Origin: Paramoeba atlantica
Taxonomy: Eukaryota; Protista; Discosea
Reading direction: 5' to 3'
DNA: 64,000 bases
Assembly (NCBI GenBank): GCA_977017575.1
Contig: CDRNVI010000004.1
Location: 372,001-436,000 of the forward strand
Position numbers and translations under genes: made by a program. Positions 22,364-33,547 of this stretch are shown piece after piece (position 1 is the first letter of the stretch; each line of letters starts with the position of its first letter). Under the pieces are notes generated by a model. That model saw only the letters and a list, made by a program, of their open reading frames with translations, had not been told where the DNA came from and searched no databases.

Positions 22364-25300
22364 ATGAAAAGCGATCAAAGTCTTCGATCTCGCGCAAGCC
22401 TAGACAAAAATCCACCTTCACCCCACATATTGACTAACACAAACGAAGGTAAGCTCAGCGAAGGCACTTTCACCGATGAAGAGCGTTCCCACCGACTCGG
22501 CAGTTGGGACCAGTTTGAGGGGAACAAACACTTGATCTCCACTGCAAGTACATACAACGAGCAACTTTATACCACGCCGATCCCCATGGATATTCCCGCG
22601 GAATGGATGGATCACGCACGCCAAATTGCACAGGAGAGGGAAACTCCAGACACGGGCCATACTGAGGCAGAAAACGAGGAAATGCAACACTGTGGGGTAA
22701 GACGGCAGAGCACAATTCATGAGAACGCACCTGCATCTCGGACCCCCGACAAAGCACTGAAGCTTAATGCCGTAGTACAGGACGTCTCTCCCCGTCTGCT
22801 ACACAACGTTTCTCCCTCGAAAGGACCCACGAAGACAGACACGAGGCATTCTAAACGAATACCGGCGACAGAGAAAAACGCTCCCTCACCTCTCCTAGCT
22901 GAGGCCAAGGACTCAGCCACCGAAGTTACACAAAACAGAGAAGAATTCCGAGAATGCCCGGCGATGGGATGCACTTGGCGGAGCCCGGCGCACGGGGTAT
23001 CGTGGCAAGCGTTTTATAACCACGTCGCCTGTCGCCACGGTAGCAGCATCCCTGCCGCCTGGTGGGCTACAGAAGGTAGATTCCTGTGTGCTGCATGCGG
23101 GCGCTCTTACGATGTCAATAAAAGGGAAACACACCCACAGTCCTGCAAGGGAAAGATGACAACCCCTCAAAGCCCATCACACATGTCACACCCAAGCGAC
23201 GAAAGCCACCCCCCCACAACTCAGATGCATCAACCCGAGCTTCCCTCGTTGGCCTCTATTTCTCAGACACAATTGAGCACTTGCAAAGACGTCCCCGCCC
23301 GATGCCGTCATCTTTGGGGAGAAATCTTAACAAAAACGGCCGAAAACGCAGTCAAGGAAAACTCCCCCGCCGCGTGGACGTTATTCGCTATGCTCCCGAA
23401 GTGTCTCCTACCAGCTCCGCACCGAGGAGGACGCAAGAATCACACAACATACGCATCATTCGTCGAAAAGTGCATGAACCGATGGCTGGCGCAAGATTAC
23501 GTACCCTTGTGGAATGATACAGTAAACAACGCCCTCAAAAAGCAATCCGCAACCCCTAACATAGTTCACGATGAGGAGGAAAAAGCTGCCATCCGGTCAG
23601 AATTGCTGGTTCGACAAGGCGAGTACTCAAGAGGAATGGCAGCACTCACGGCTGACCCAATGGCTCCTGACGACGAAGAAACGTATATCAAGCTTCAGAA
23701 CAAACACCCGTGCCGCCTTTCAGACAGCGACGCCATCGATTACACCCCCCCACCAACAGCGCCCTTACAGGTAGATGAAGCGACAGTCGCGAAAACCATC
23801 AAAAGCTTTCACCGAGGCTCCTCCGCCGGAACCATGGGCCTACGCCCAGAACACCTACAAGTGGCACTCCTAGCGCAGGTAGACAACACTACGAAACCTC
23901 TCAAAGCTATTACAAACCTCGTAAATCACCTTCTAGCCGGTAAAGCCCCTCTAGAGGTTCAACCGTATTTCGCCGGAGCCAGACTTTGCGCCTTAGAAAA
24001 GGGCGAAAACGACGTCCGACCCATAGCTGCGGGGGAAACTATTCGTCGATTGGTCAGCAAAACTGCGTGCAACGTAGTTAAAGCCAAGGCAAGCGGCATA
24101 TTCGCAGGGCTACAGTTCGGAGTGGCGACACCAGTCGGAGCTGAACGCATAATCCACACTTGTCGACAAGCCATGGCCATCCACACTGATAACCCTGACT
24201 TTGTTCTTTGCAAAGTAGACCTCAGAAACGCCTTTAACAACGTTAGCAGAACCGCCTTCCTGAAGCTTGTAAGCGAGCACTTCCCAGAATTATTCCCATG
24301 GGCAAGCTGGTGCTATACCACCACTAGTGCATTGACTTACCGAACCCACACGCTCCTATCGGACGAAGGTGTCCAACAAGGGGACCCCCTCGGACCTCTT
24401 TTCTTCTCCCTGGTCGCCCTGGAATTAGCAAACGAAATCAATCACCAGGCCGACTTGGACCTACAATTATGGTACCTTGACGACGGGGTTCTCATAGGCA
24501 AGGCCCAAGACACCAGAAATGCACTGGACACGATCGCCAGGGTAGGCCCTCGCTGGGGCTTGCACTTGAACATGTCGAAGTGTGAAATCATTACCTCCCC
24601 TGCCTCGGCTAACGTGACAAATTTGTTTCCCGACATACCGGACACCAAAATCAACGTACGTGGCGACTTTAGCGTTCTAGGAAGTCCGATTGGATCCCCA
24701 GAGTATTGCTCCGAATACCTGACAACGCACGCCATTGAACCAGAAGAAACGGCGTTAGAAGCTATAACTAGAATCAAAGACCCACAGGTTTCAATGGCGC
24801 TTATTCGGCAATGCGCCGGGTTCTGCAAAATGGTCCACGCTCTCCGCACGACCCCACCACAATCACTTACACTTTTATGCGAGCGTCTGGATGATTTTCT
24901 CATGCACGCGGTAGAGTCATGTTTATGCCCCTTGCCTCCCTCTGCACGGTCCCAAATTCAGCGCCTGAAAAAACACGGAGGATTCGGGTTACGGTCAGCA
25001 TCCTTTCACGCAACCTCAGCCTACGTTTCCTCGGTTGCTTTTGCAGCAGACATGGACTCTTGGGATCCATCCGAAGTAGAAGGCTTTCTATCATCTATTG
25101 ACGACATAAACGCGAAGGTTGGCACCAAGCTTCTCAACTCAAGTGGCCGTGTGTGCACTATCCCGCACCACAAATGCGAAGAATTTCCTCCGAGGCATCG
25201 CCCCGCAAAGCGCCCACGCCAGCCGGATACCCATGATCCTACTTCATCTGCGAATCCCCCTTCCCTTCCACACGATCGCCCCCCGTTGTCACCCGATGAT

Positions 25301-26236
25301 CTCCCCCCTACGTCATGCCCATTGTATGCAACGGAGGATTGCTTTGACGCGAAGCTGCCGGACTGGGCGAAAAAGGGTATCCCCCGCCAAAGGGACATAA
25401 GCCACGCGATTTCGGCTACGGAATTTTCGCGAGCTTATGAAAAGGCTGACGCCAGGACTCGCGCACGTTGGGTCTCCCAGAGCGGGAAAGGGGCCAATAG
25501 CTGGGCTTTCGTAACGCCATCCAAAGACACTGGTCACGCCTTCACCCCAACAGAATTCCGTACCTTGTCCCGCTGGTGGTTGGGGGTACCAGTCTACGGG
25601 GAAGAATCAAAATGCCCCAGGGAGAACTGCACGCTCCCCCTTGACATACACGGAGACCATGCTCTCACGTGTAAGCATGGGGAAGGTATCATCCGGCGAC
25701 ACCACTCGTTAGTCGATCAGTTTGCTGCCACCTGCAGCCAGGCCCACCTAGCACCCCAGCGCGAGAAAAGCCTCGGGAATAGGGGCCCAGGGGGTGCCTT
25801 GACCAGACCGGGGGACGTCTTCATGCCGAGCCTCTTCCTCGGAAAACCTATAGTGCTTGACTTCGCGGTCACTCACGCCCAGCAATCAAAATACACGGAC
25901 ACAGTCCGAAATGCTAGCTGGGTGGCCGCGGGGTCTTTCGCTGAGCACTACGCCTCCGACCAGAAAGCTCGACAGCGCCGTGAATCTGAGTCGGCGGGAA
26001 GCGACTTCACAGCAATGGTCGTAGAGAGCTACGGCTCTTGGAGCTCTAGTGCCTTAGCAGTACTTCGGAAAGTAGGAGAACGTCGGGCCAAAGCGTCCAA
26101 CGGCATTCTCAGTGACGGAGCAGCTACGCTACAGCTCGTCACAGACTTGAACATAACGCTGATGCGTCGCCAGGCACGTATGATGATATCAAGAATGCCG
26201 GTAGACGACCTTCCCACTCCGCTGATCGAGCAATAG
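22364..26236 (+). CDS. Family A polyprotein: N-terminal zinc fingers, RT, CCHC knuckle and RLE endonuclease (1290 aa)
   Basis: CPAMGC..H..CRH and CAAC..H..SC; RPIAAGETIRRL, VDLRNAFN, GVQQGDPLGP, WYLDDG, LNMSKC; CPRENC..H..C, RPGDV, LDFAVTH. Confidence 0.95.
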   Translation: MKSDQSLRSRASLDKNPPSPHILTNTNEGKLSEGTFTDEERSHRLGSWDQFEGNKHLISTASTYNEQLYTTPIPMDIPAEWMDHARQIAQERETPDTGHTEAENEEMQHCGVRRQSTIHENAPASRTPDKALKLNAVVQDVSPRLLHNVSPSKGPTKTDTRHSKRIPATEKNAPSPLLAEAKDSATEVTQNREEFRECPAMGCTWRSPAHGVSWQAFYNHVACRHGSSIPAAWWATEGRFLCAACGRSYDVNKRETHPQSCKGKMTTPQSPSHMSHPSDESHPPTTQMHQPELPSLASISQTQLSTCKDVPARCRHLWGEILTKTAENAVKENSPAAWTLFAMLPKCLLPAPHRGGRKNHTTYASFVEKCMNRWLAQDYVPLWNDTVNNALKKQSATPNIVHDEEEKAAIRSELLVRQGEYSRGMAALTADPMAPDDEETYIKLQNKHPCRLSDSDAIDYTPPPTAPLQVDEATVAKTIKSFHRGSSAGTMGLRPEHLQVALLAQVDNTTKPLKAITNLVNHLLAGKAPLEVQPYFAGARLCALEKGENDVRPIAAGETIRRLVSKTACNVVKAKASGIFAGLQFGVATPVGAERIIHTCRQAMAIHTDNPDFVLCKVDLRNAFNNVSRTAFLKLVSEHFPELFPWASWCYTTTSALTYRTHTLLSDEGVQQGDPLGPLFFSLVALELANEINHQADLDLQLWYLDDGVLIGKAQDTRNALDTIARVGPRWGLHLNMSKCEIITSPASANVTNLFPDIPDTKINVRGDFSVLGSPIGSPEYCSEYLTTHAIEPEETALEAITRIKDPQVSMALIRQCAGFCKMVHALRTTPPQSLTLLCERLDDFLMHAVESCLCPLPPSARSQIQRLKKHGGFGLRSASFHATSAYVSSVAFAADMDSWDPSEVEGFLSSIDDINAKVGTKLLNSSGRVCTIPHHKCEEFPPRHRPAKRPRQPDTHDPTSSANPPSLPHDRPPLSPDDLPPTSCPLYATEDCFDAKLPDWAKKGIPRQRDISHAISATEFSRAYEKADARTRARWVSQSGKGANSWAFVTPSKDTGHAFTPTEFRTLSRWWLGVPVYGEESKCPRENCTLPLDIHGDHALTCKHGEGIIRRHHSLVDQFAATCSQAHLAPQREKSLGNRGPGGALTRPGDVFMPSLFLGKPIVLDFAVTHAQQSKYTDTVRNASWVAAGSFAEHYASDQKARQRRESESAGSDFTAMVVESYGSWSSSALAVLRKVGERRAKASNGILSDGAATLQLVTDLNITLMRRQARMMISRMPVDDLPTPLIEQ

Positions 26237-26744
26237 CTTGGTAACGGAGTAAGTAGCCCTCGTGGGATAATCGTTTCCTAACCACACCGTTGTCGGCACA
26301 GGCCCACGTTAGCGCCCTCGGAAACAACTGATCTGGAAGCTGGTCGAGTCGACAGAGTCTATGCTCACGCCTAGCTCGCCGAGGGCTAGGTACCCCAAGT
26401 GAGGTAGTACACGGGTAGTGAATCTCCTCCCCGTCGACCAGCTTCCTGTTTCGCGACCGTGTCGCTGTCGACACAGGCCCGCGCCTGCGCCCTCCCATAT
26501 AACAAGGGAAGGGTCCACAAGTCAGGCCGTGGTGAGGTCGAAAGACCCGGTCCGGAACGCGCGGATGGATTGGGCGTGGATTGCTTCCTTTTTTATTATT
26601 ATTGTTATCAGAATCATAAATAACTTAAGGCAGGTTGAATTACTAGTTTTGGGCTACAACATGTGAAATTGCTAATTTGATTGCTTGTTTACAAATCATA
26701 TACCCCCCCCAATGGACCTTCATGGTTCATGTATTGGGTAATAT

Positions 26745-27845
26745 AGAGGCAAAAAAAAAAAAAAAAAAAAGAGAGCGGACGGGGTCCTGGGGTTTGGAGG
26801 TTGTCCCTATAATTTTGGAAGGTTATGGATGTTAATCGGTTGACAAACTTTATCCTCACGCCTTGGTTTTCGAAAAAAACAAGGTTCCCCAATGTGAGAT
26901 AAAGGTGAGTAAAGTTTTCTTTACTCTGCGATTAGCGCCTTAATGTTTTTAACCGCGTCATTGTTGACACGGCCGTACACCACGCCTAGTTGCTCCACAC
27001 TTCTAGGCCCCAAGTTGGTATATGGGCAGAGGTTGAAAGCGTAACCTGTGTAGCTCGTGTGAGCTTGTAAAGGGCGTGGTAATGGACTGGTCATCTATTG
27101 CTATCGTTATCCTTTTGTGAGCTCTGCATATTTTGATATTTTCTATCTATTAATATTTGACTACGTGATTGGGCATTTTGCGTTCATTGTGACGTGTGTG
27201 TGGGCAGGTTGGCCGAGGGTTCCGGTGGGGGGGAACCCCGTTAACAGAGTGACATTGATTGTGTTGTTTTATGCAGGCTTGTTTCTTTTCCATCTTTGTG
27301 CGTGTGAAATGAATGAATGATATGTTGTGTCATTTTGAATTACGATTGAGCTATTCATAGTTGTTCATTTATTCATATATGTTATCAGTGTATATGTTTC
27401 CAGGGAGCCCCTCGGCGTGGATTTCTAATAGTTCACGTTTTGAAATTTAGCCGAGGGGCGGCTATATATTTGCCTGCTGGCCCTTCGGGGCACATAATTT
27501 TCTCAAATTATGATGTAGTATTCTCTAATTGCATGGAGGGGGGTGTTTACTCGTTTGTTATATTCTTGTTAGGTTGTTATTTTGTTACGTTTAAAGTTTT
27601 GTGCCCACCCACCGAGCCCCCAGCCATTTGGCCGAGGGTTCCGGTGGGGGGGAACCCCGTTAACAGAGTGACATTGATTGTGTTGTTTTATGCAGGCTTG
27701 TTTCTTTTCCATCTTTGTGCGTGTGAAATGAATGAATGATATGTTGTGTCATTTTGAATTACGATTGAGCTATTCATAGTTGTTCATTTATTCATATATG
27801 TTATCAGTGTATATGTTTCCAGGGAGCCCCTCGGCGTGGATTTCT
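26745..27845 (+). mobile_element. Isolated 3' end of a YR-3 element with B1 (27209-27426), A2 (27427-27602), spacer and B2 (27628-27845)
   Basis: 218-bp direct repeats; A2 matches 39251-39426; the upstream part matches about 53355-54026. Confidence 0.9.
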
Positions 27846-27897
27846 TATCAAAAAAAAGATATTTTATTCAAGGAAAAAAAAAAAAAAAAAAAAAAAA

Positions 27898-28086
27898 AGT
27901 CAGGCCGTGGAGAGGTCGAAAGACCCGGTCCGGAACGCGCGAATGGATTGGGCATAGATTGCTTGTTTTTATTGTTATTGTTTTTATTGTTCTTATACTT
28001 ACGGGAGATCGAATTGCTAGTTTTGGGCTCCAAAATATGAAATTGCTAATTTGATTGCTTGTTTTAAAATCAAAAAAAAAAAAAAA
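27898..28086 (+). mobile_element. Short 3'-end copy of a family A-type element with polyA
   Basis: Terminal GAAA hairpin and the TTGATTGCTTGTTT end shared with 26520-26698; bounded by A tracts. Confidence 0.75.
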
Positions 28087-28462
28087 GCCACGAATCAAAT
28101 TCATCGAGCCCAAGGAATTACCAAGAAACTGGGCAGATCACGGTATGAACGACGACGTCGAGCCTCGAAAACCCCATCCTCGAAACACGATCAAGATTAA
28201 AACAACAACTTTTCGAATGGAGACATCCTCAGCGAAGTCAAAAGAGGTACCGTTGGAAATGGAGTTCGATCAAGATTTAACAAGTGATACGGAAGTCGAA
28301 TCCAAGGCCACCGACGAGGAGATGCGCGATCAAATGTCTATGGACGGCGGGGACGAAAAAGAACACCAAGAAGAGATAAACTCACACTCCAAAGCTCCAG
28401 ATCACGTTTACAACATCATTTTGAAGTGGGGCAAGGGCACCGAATGCGTAATCGAATGGGGT
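28087..28462 (+). pseudogene. Fragment of the N-terminal ORF region of a family C-like CRE element
   Basis: KPRI..LP.NWADHG and KAPDHV....KWGKGTECVIEWGFRQ match the protein encoded at about 41835-42215. Confidence 0.85.
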
Positions 28463-30199
28463 TTTCGACAAAAAACTGATTTTGAAAAACAACTGTTCAA
28501 AGGGCACAGTTGTCCAATCCAATCCAATCCAAAAGACCGACATATGTCGGTTAGAATGTTAAATGTTTTCCCCCCGAACTTATACTCCCTCGCCTTCCAG
28601 TTCAGAGTTTAGTAGTGCCTACTATTTTACTTTCACACAATACTTTTCCTTATCTTCCTGAACTCTTCCTCAGGGTATTCCGAACCTGCTGGTGGAAGCA
28701 CGTCTTCCGCCCAACTCTTACTATGAAGGCGCCCTCTTCCCACCAGTTTTCGCAATCTTCCCGCACAGCTTGACTTTAGCCTCGGCGCCGCGCTTGGGTG
28801 CTGGATTGGTTTTCGTCTTTCCCTTTTCCAAGGTTCTATGTTTTATCAGCTTTTCCAAGGATTTGTCGATTTGTGATGCGTTGGAATCATTGTTGGCTTG
28901 TTGACTTTTTTTTCTTTTCTAAGTTCTAAAACCACTATGTCTGAGCGGGGCGCCGGCCCCATATCGTTGGCGACAGGCGCGGAGGAAACGTCGGAGATGT
29001 CAACACTTCTTCGCGGACCGAATTGGGTGCCTGGAATCTTGAGCCTTGAAAATCCTCTTCTGCTCGGTTTTGGGTGTCCGCTCGGACTGCGGATATCGTT
29101 GGCGAGAGGCGCGGAGGAAACGGCGGCGATGTCAACACTTCTTCGCGGACCGAATTGGGTGCCTGGAATCTTGAGCCTTGAAAATCCTCTTCTGCTCGGT
29201 TTTGGGTGTCCGCTCGGACTGCGGATATCGTTGGCGAGAGGCGCGGAGGAAACGGCGGCGATGTCAACACTTCTTCGCGGACCGAATTGGGTGCCTGGAA
29301 TCTTGAGCCTTGAAAATCCTCTTCTGCTCGGTTTTGGGTGTCCGCTCGGACTGCGGATATCGTTGGCGAGAGGCGCGGAGGAAACGGCGGCGATGTCAAC
29401 ACTTCTTCGCGGACCGAATTGGGTGCCTGGAATCTTGAGCCTTGAAAATCCTCTTCTGCTCGGTTTTGGGTGTCCGCTCGGACTGCGGATATCGTTGGCG
29501 AGAGACGCGGAGGAAACGGCGGCGATGTCAACACTTCTTCGCGGACCGAATTGGGTGCCTGGAATCTTGAGCCTTGAAAATCCTCTTCTGCTCGGTTTTG
29601 GGTGTCCGCTCGGACTGCGGATATCGTTGGCGAGAGGCGCGGAGGAAACGGCGGCGATGTCAACACTTCTTCGCGGACCGAATTGGGTGCCTGGAATCTT
29701 GGGCTAGGGGGGACCTTCGATGAGTACTCATCGTAAGTTGTAGACTTTCGATGAGTCTCACGGAAAGTTGTAGACTTTCGATGAGTACTCATCGAAGGTG
29801 TTTTTGACTTTTTCACTTTTTCATATTTTACTAAATTTTTGCGAAGGCCGAACTGTGAGCGTAGTCCTGGGACATAATAATATTTTTTGGCGACCCGTGC
29901 GCTCCAGCGCGCGGGTCGCGCACTGAGAACCTGTGTCTACCCCTTCCGCAGGATTGTCCAGAGGCAAGGCCCAACTGTGAGCGTAGCCCACTTCTGGAGG
30001 CAAAAGCCCCCGTTTGCAAGCAAGGCCCAACTGTGAGCGTAGCCCACTTCTGGAGGCAAATGAATGAAAAAAGGCCTTGCGTGCTATAACGTAAATATTA
30101 AATACTAGTAGTACGAAGTGAAGGGGCTCAGACGCCCACACCCCGCAGCCGAGGCTCGGTGTTGGTGGGTGGGCCTCGAAACTCGTAGTACAGCTACAA

Positions 30200-30386
30200 A
30201 AAGAAAATAAAGTCTACTAAATATGTTGATGTTTGAAAGCCATAAACTGAAGAATATGAGAAAGAAGAAACTTATAATACATGTGCCCCGAAGGGCCATA
30301 TCATAAGTTAATATATTTATGTGCCCCGAAGGGCCAGGTTATTAAACGTAAATAGCCCTCTCCTAAATTTCATCTCGTAAACTATT
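30200..30386 (-). mobile_element. A-repeat-like fragment of a further YR family inserted in the family B-like 5' fragment
   Basis: Starts AATAGTTTACGAG and carries TGGCCCTTCGGGGCACAT twice, as in the other A repeats. The left boundary is approximate. Confidence 0.6.
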
Positions 30387-30456
30387 AGAGCTACTCCTGA
30401 TTCTTTTGCTTTGGAGCGTGTGAACACTCCCATGAACGGTAAAGAAAGTAAATAAT

Positions 30457-30495
30457 CAACAAGGTACAGAAACTGTATCTTTATCGTTAAAGATT
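30457..30495 (-). other. Complete 39-nt SL exon inside the MITE, followed by the 5' start of a family B-like ORF (MGVFTRSKAKESGVA)
   Basis: AATCTTTAACGATAAAGATACAGTTTCTGTACCTTGTTG on the minus strand. Confidence 0.82.
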
Positions 30496-31410
30496 ATTGT
30501 ACGTGTGCTTCTCTCTAGATTCGTGGGAAGCAATTTGCGAAGCCCAACTACCTTGATAACAAATTTTAGTACCCATTCGTGGGAAGCAATTGGCGATGCC
30601 CAACTACCTTGATAACAAATTTTAGTACCCATTTTGGCCGCGCGGGGGCCCCCGCGTGAGCGGGGGTGCGCGCGGCCGCGAAACGGCGAGGGCCCGCGTG
30701 AGCGGGCCTGAGCCGTACCCCGCCTAGGATTCCCCTGTGCGTCGTTAGTGGGAAGCAATTTGCGAAGCTCACTGAATTTCGTAGTTTTCGCTACGCAGGC
30801 GTTGTCAACTTATAGTGAAGTGTTATATAGTGAAGTGTAGGATACTGAACGCACGGAAAATGAAAATCAAAAAAAATTCTTGGGTATTCCACAAAAGTCC
30901 TTGACTTATGCAAAAGTCCTTGACTTCCACCGTAAATTTCCGTTCGTTGAGTACGCAACGAACGTACGCCCAACCCAAAATCTCTATTAGAGTCGCTCAA
31001 AAACGCTTCGATGAGTACTCATCGAAAGTTGTATACTTTCGATGAGACTCACGGAAAGTTGTAGACTTTCGATGAGTACTCATCGAAGGTCCCCCCTACC
31101 CGAATCTTGAGCCTTGAAAATCCTCTTCTGCTCGGTTTTGGGTGTCCGCTCGGACTGCGGATATCGTTGGCGAGAGGCGCGGAGGAAACGGCGGCGATGT
31201 CAACACTTCTTCGCGGACCGAATTGGGTGCCTGGAATCTTGAGCCTTGAAAATCCTCTTCTGCTCGGTTTTGGGTGTCCGCTCGGACTGCGGATATCGTT
31301 GGCGAGAGGCGCGGAGGAAACGGCGGCGATGTCAACACTTCTTCGCGGACCGAATTGGGTGCCTGGAATCTTGAGCCTTGAAAATCCTCTTCTGCTCGGT
31401 TTTGGGTGTC

Positions 31411-31561
31411 AAAGCTGAAAGAGCTCCACCCGACAGGTCCATCACCTCAGTTTCTAGAAGGCGATTTTCCGCGAACAGCTATTGTTGATCCGTCTGAACT
31501 GCGCCTTGCAACGGAGAAACTGTCGAAGGGAGCTTCAAAAAAAAAAAAAAAAAAAAAAAAA
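31411..31561 (+). pseudogene. Short CRE RT-proximal coding fragment with polyA tail
   Basis: KLKELHPTGPS...SELRLATEKLSKGAS is homologous to the family C ORF; A25 at 31537-31561. Confidence 0.85.
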
Positions 31562-31562
31562 G

Positions 31563-31601
31563 AATCTTTAACGATAAAGATACAGTTTCTGTACCTTGTT
31601 G
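31563..31601 (+). other. Complete 39-nt SL exon preceded by a single G after polyA
   Basis: Exact 39-mer starting AA and ending TTG, with the kinetoplastid-type core. Confidence 0.85.
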
Positions 31602-32232
31602 AATTATTTCCTTTTTCTTCCCTACACCATCTTCCAGACCATGGGAGGGCACCCCCCTCAAATACACACTTTCTTGTCGGCATCCCCCCTCCCTCTCTCG
31701 TCCCATCATCCCCCTGCGCCGTATCCCCCCACCTCGACCTTCCGTGTAAGCGCGCTTGTCGTTCTGTTGTTTTCCTCTCTTGCGTCCCCCACCCCCGTGC
31801 CAGCAACCCAAAGTATTGTATACTTGCTCACGGGGTGGGGGCAGAGGTCCAGACCGATGGGCTCGGGCGCCGTTTCTCCTTGTCCCCGCGTCCGTCCCGC
31901 CATGTCCCTCTTCCCGCTTTTTGCCCTCGGCGTGACGGCGGCTATGCGTTTCGTCTCCTTCAAGCCTCCCACCCTCGTACAGCAACTCAAAGTATCTTAT
32001 ACTGCTAACGGGGTGGGAGCGGAGGTCCTGGACCACATGGGCCACAGTGCGGGCGAGCCGGTCAGTAGGGACGCGTCAGTCGGTAGGGCGTAAGTGGGGG
32101 AAGGGAAGTGAGTGCGGTGAGGGGAAGGAAGTAGGGGAAGGAAGGAAGTAGGGTGAAAGGTTTTAAGTGGTGGAAAGTTCGAAACGTAGATATAAACATT
32201 AGAATCAATACTACTCCCCCCCCCAAAAAAAA
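31563..32232 (+). mobile_element. SL-headed short non-autonomous retrocopy or SINE-like element with two related hairpins
   Basis: SL, pyrimidine tract, duplicated hairpins at 31786-31841 and 31966-32019, purine-rich 3' part and A tract at 32225-32232; no convincing ORF. Confidence 0.55.
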
Positions 32233-32740
32233 GAATCATTACTTGTTTTTCTCTTTTTCTGCTCAGGCGGTCGAGGAACTTTTCGCGCTGCAATCAGTGC
32301 TAACCCATCTGCCTCCTCGTTCCATTTATTTCCTGAGTGACCCTTGACTTTGCACATATATATTGAGTACAAATCATGTTTTAAGGACCGTAATTTTCCG
32401 TCTAACTGGGAGAACAAATCTCCATTTAAAACCCCCTTGTAACCAACGATTCGCCGCCGATATCGAAGATTGTGAAAGAAGTCCCATAGATAGTAAGAGT
32501 CTGTATGAAACAGACAAGCGCATGGTTTTGACGGCAGTTGGAGAAGGGCATGCTGAAAAGCTAAGATCTCTACTCGCTCAATAGTGTCTGATTCCAATGG
32601 TATGGATATCCGTGAGGGTTCGCATCGTGGTTTTAGAACTACGATACCTATGCCACTTCGAATCTCTTTCGTATTTTTCATCGGCAGAACAGAGCCATCG
32701 GTATATATTTGTATGGCTTTATAGGCTGGAAAAGGCACAT
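32233..32740 (-). pseudogene. RNase H domain, piece 4 of the split APE-RT-RNH non-LTR element
   Basis: IYTDGS, RVEILA, HTDSYY and KVKGHSGNKWNEEADGLA. Confidence 0.9.
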
Positions 32741-32880
32741 CCACGAATTGGCACCCTCAAACCTTGACACAAAGTGTGCACATTTATTCCGCGACGCCTG
32801 TCGACGAAAACATGACACATACGTCAAGACCGGGAAGATCATGGCTGAAAGCTTTCAATGTATAAAAAAAAAAAAAAAAA
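32741..32880 (+). mobile_element. 140-bp polyA-tailed retrocopy of CRE RLE coding sequence, 11-bp TSD AAAAGGCACAT
   Basis: Encodes HELAPSNLDTK...RRKHDTYV; TSD at 32730-32740 and 32881-32891. Confidence 0.88.
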
Positions 32881-32891
32881 AAAAGGCACAT

Positions 32892-33321
32892 TTGATTCTT
32901 CAACGAACTGTAATTCTGAAGGACTTTTTTGTTTTTTAGCTTTGGCAAGAGCAGTTTTCCACTTTGCTGACCCAATTTTTTCGTATTCTATGAGCGGTTC
33001 AAGTTCACGTCGCAATTTTTCTGTCAGACGATACCAGTGTTCACGGTCTGACGCAAATACCAATGCCTCTTCCAGTGTAATGTTAAGATCCTTGAAGCAA
33101 GCCTCGCTTGGAGATAAATTGCGTGCATTCGGGCGTTGTTTCCACTGTACAAGCTCTTGAAAATCACTGGAGTGCCTCAGCATGTGCCCGACGAGCTTGG
33201 CCCTCTGAACCTTGTGTATAGTAGAAAAGCGCTCAGTTTCAAGATACAGAGAAGCATTCGGGTAGCTCATTCCGTATTCATCTAATCTGTTGCATTGGCA
33301 AACTATTCTTCTCATGTTGTT
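32892..33321 (-). pseudogene. Post-RT region, piece 3 of the split APE-RT-RNH element
   Basis: MRRIV, RAKLVGHMLRH and ASDREHW; joins in frame to both neighbouring pieces. Confidence 0.8.
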
Positions 33322-33362
33322 GCCCCTGTTTGTTTATTTATTTTATTAATCTTTTATTCGAA

Positions 33363-33516
33363 ATGGGCATGCTAACGCGTGCCAAGGCGAAGGACACGGG
33401 GGTAGCTCCCGTTGTCCAATCGCTTCCCACGACGCGACGGAAAAAGAAAGAGATGCCGACGTTGCCGCCAATACCACCAGCGCCACCCGAAGATTCACCA
33501 CCACGGCCGCCGCCGC

Positions 33517-33547
<31 letters not shown>

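Larger units (their letters stand above)
22288..26698 (+). mobile_element. Apparently full-length CRE-like non-LTR retrotransposon (family A)
   Basis: SL-headed 5' end, single intact ORF, and a 3' UTR shared with family A' and with the fragment at 27898. The 3' boundary is approximate. Confidence 0.85.
29702..31101 (-). mobile_element. Non-autonomous TIR element (MITE), 8-bp TSD GAATCTTG
   Basis: Ends GGCTAGGGGGGACCTTCGATGA / TCATCGAAGGTCCCCCCTACCC; TSD at 29694-29701 and 31102-31109; internal core is the reverse complement of about 49470-49930. Confidence 0.92.
28960..31409. repeat. 132-bp minisatellite, about 8 units (28960-29701 and 31102-31409), interrupted by a MITE
   Basis: Period of 132 bp (29034 to 29166); 44-aa repeats in ORFs on both strands. 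Confidence 0.95.

Noticed and set aside
31563-31583. Resemblance between the SL 5' half (TCTTTAACGATAAAGAT) and the 17-mer (TCTTAACAAAAAGAT)
   Set aside because: It needs two gaps and a mismatch in short AT-rich sequence and cannot be separated from chance by eye.
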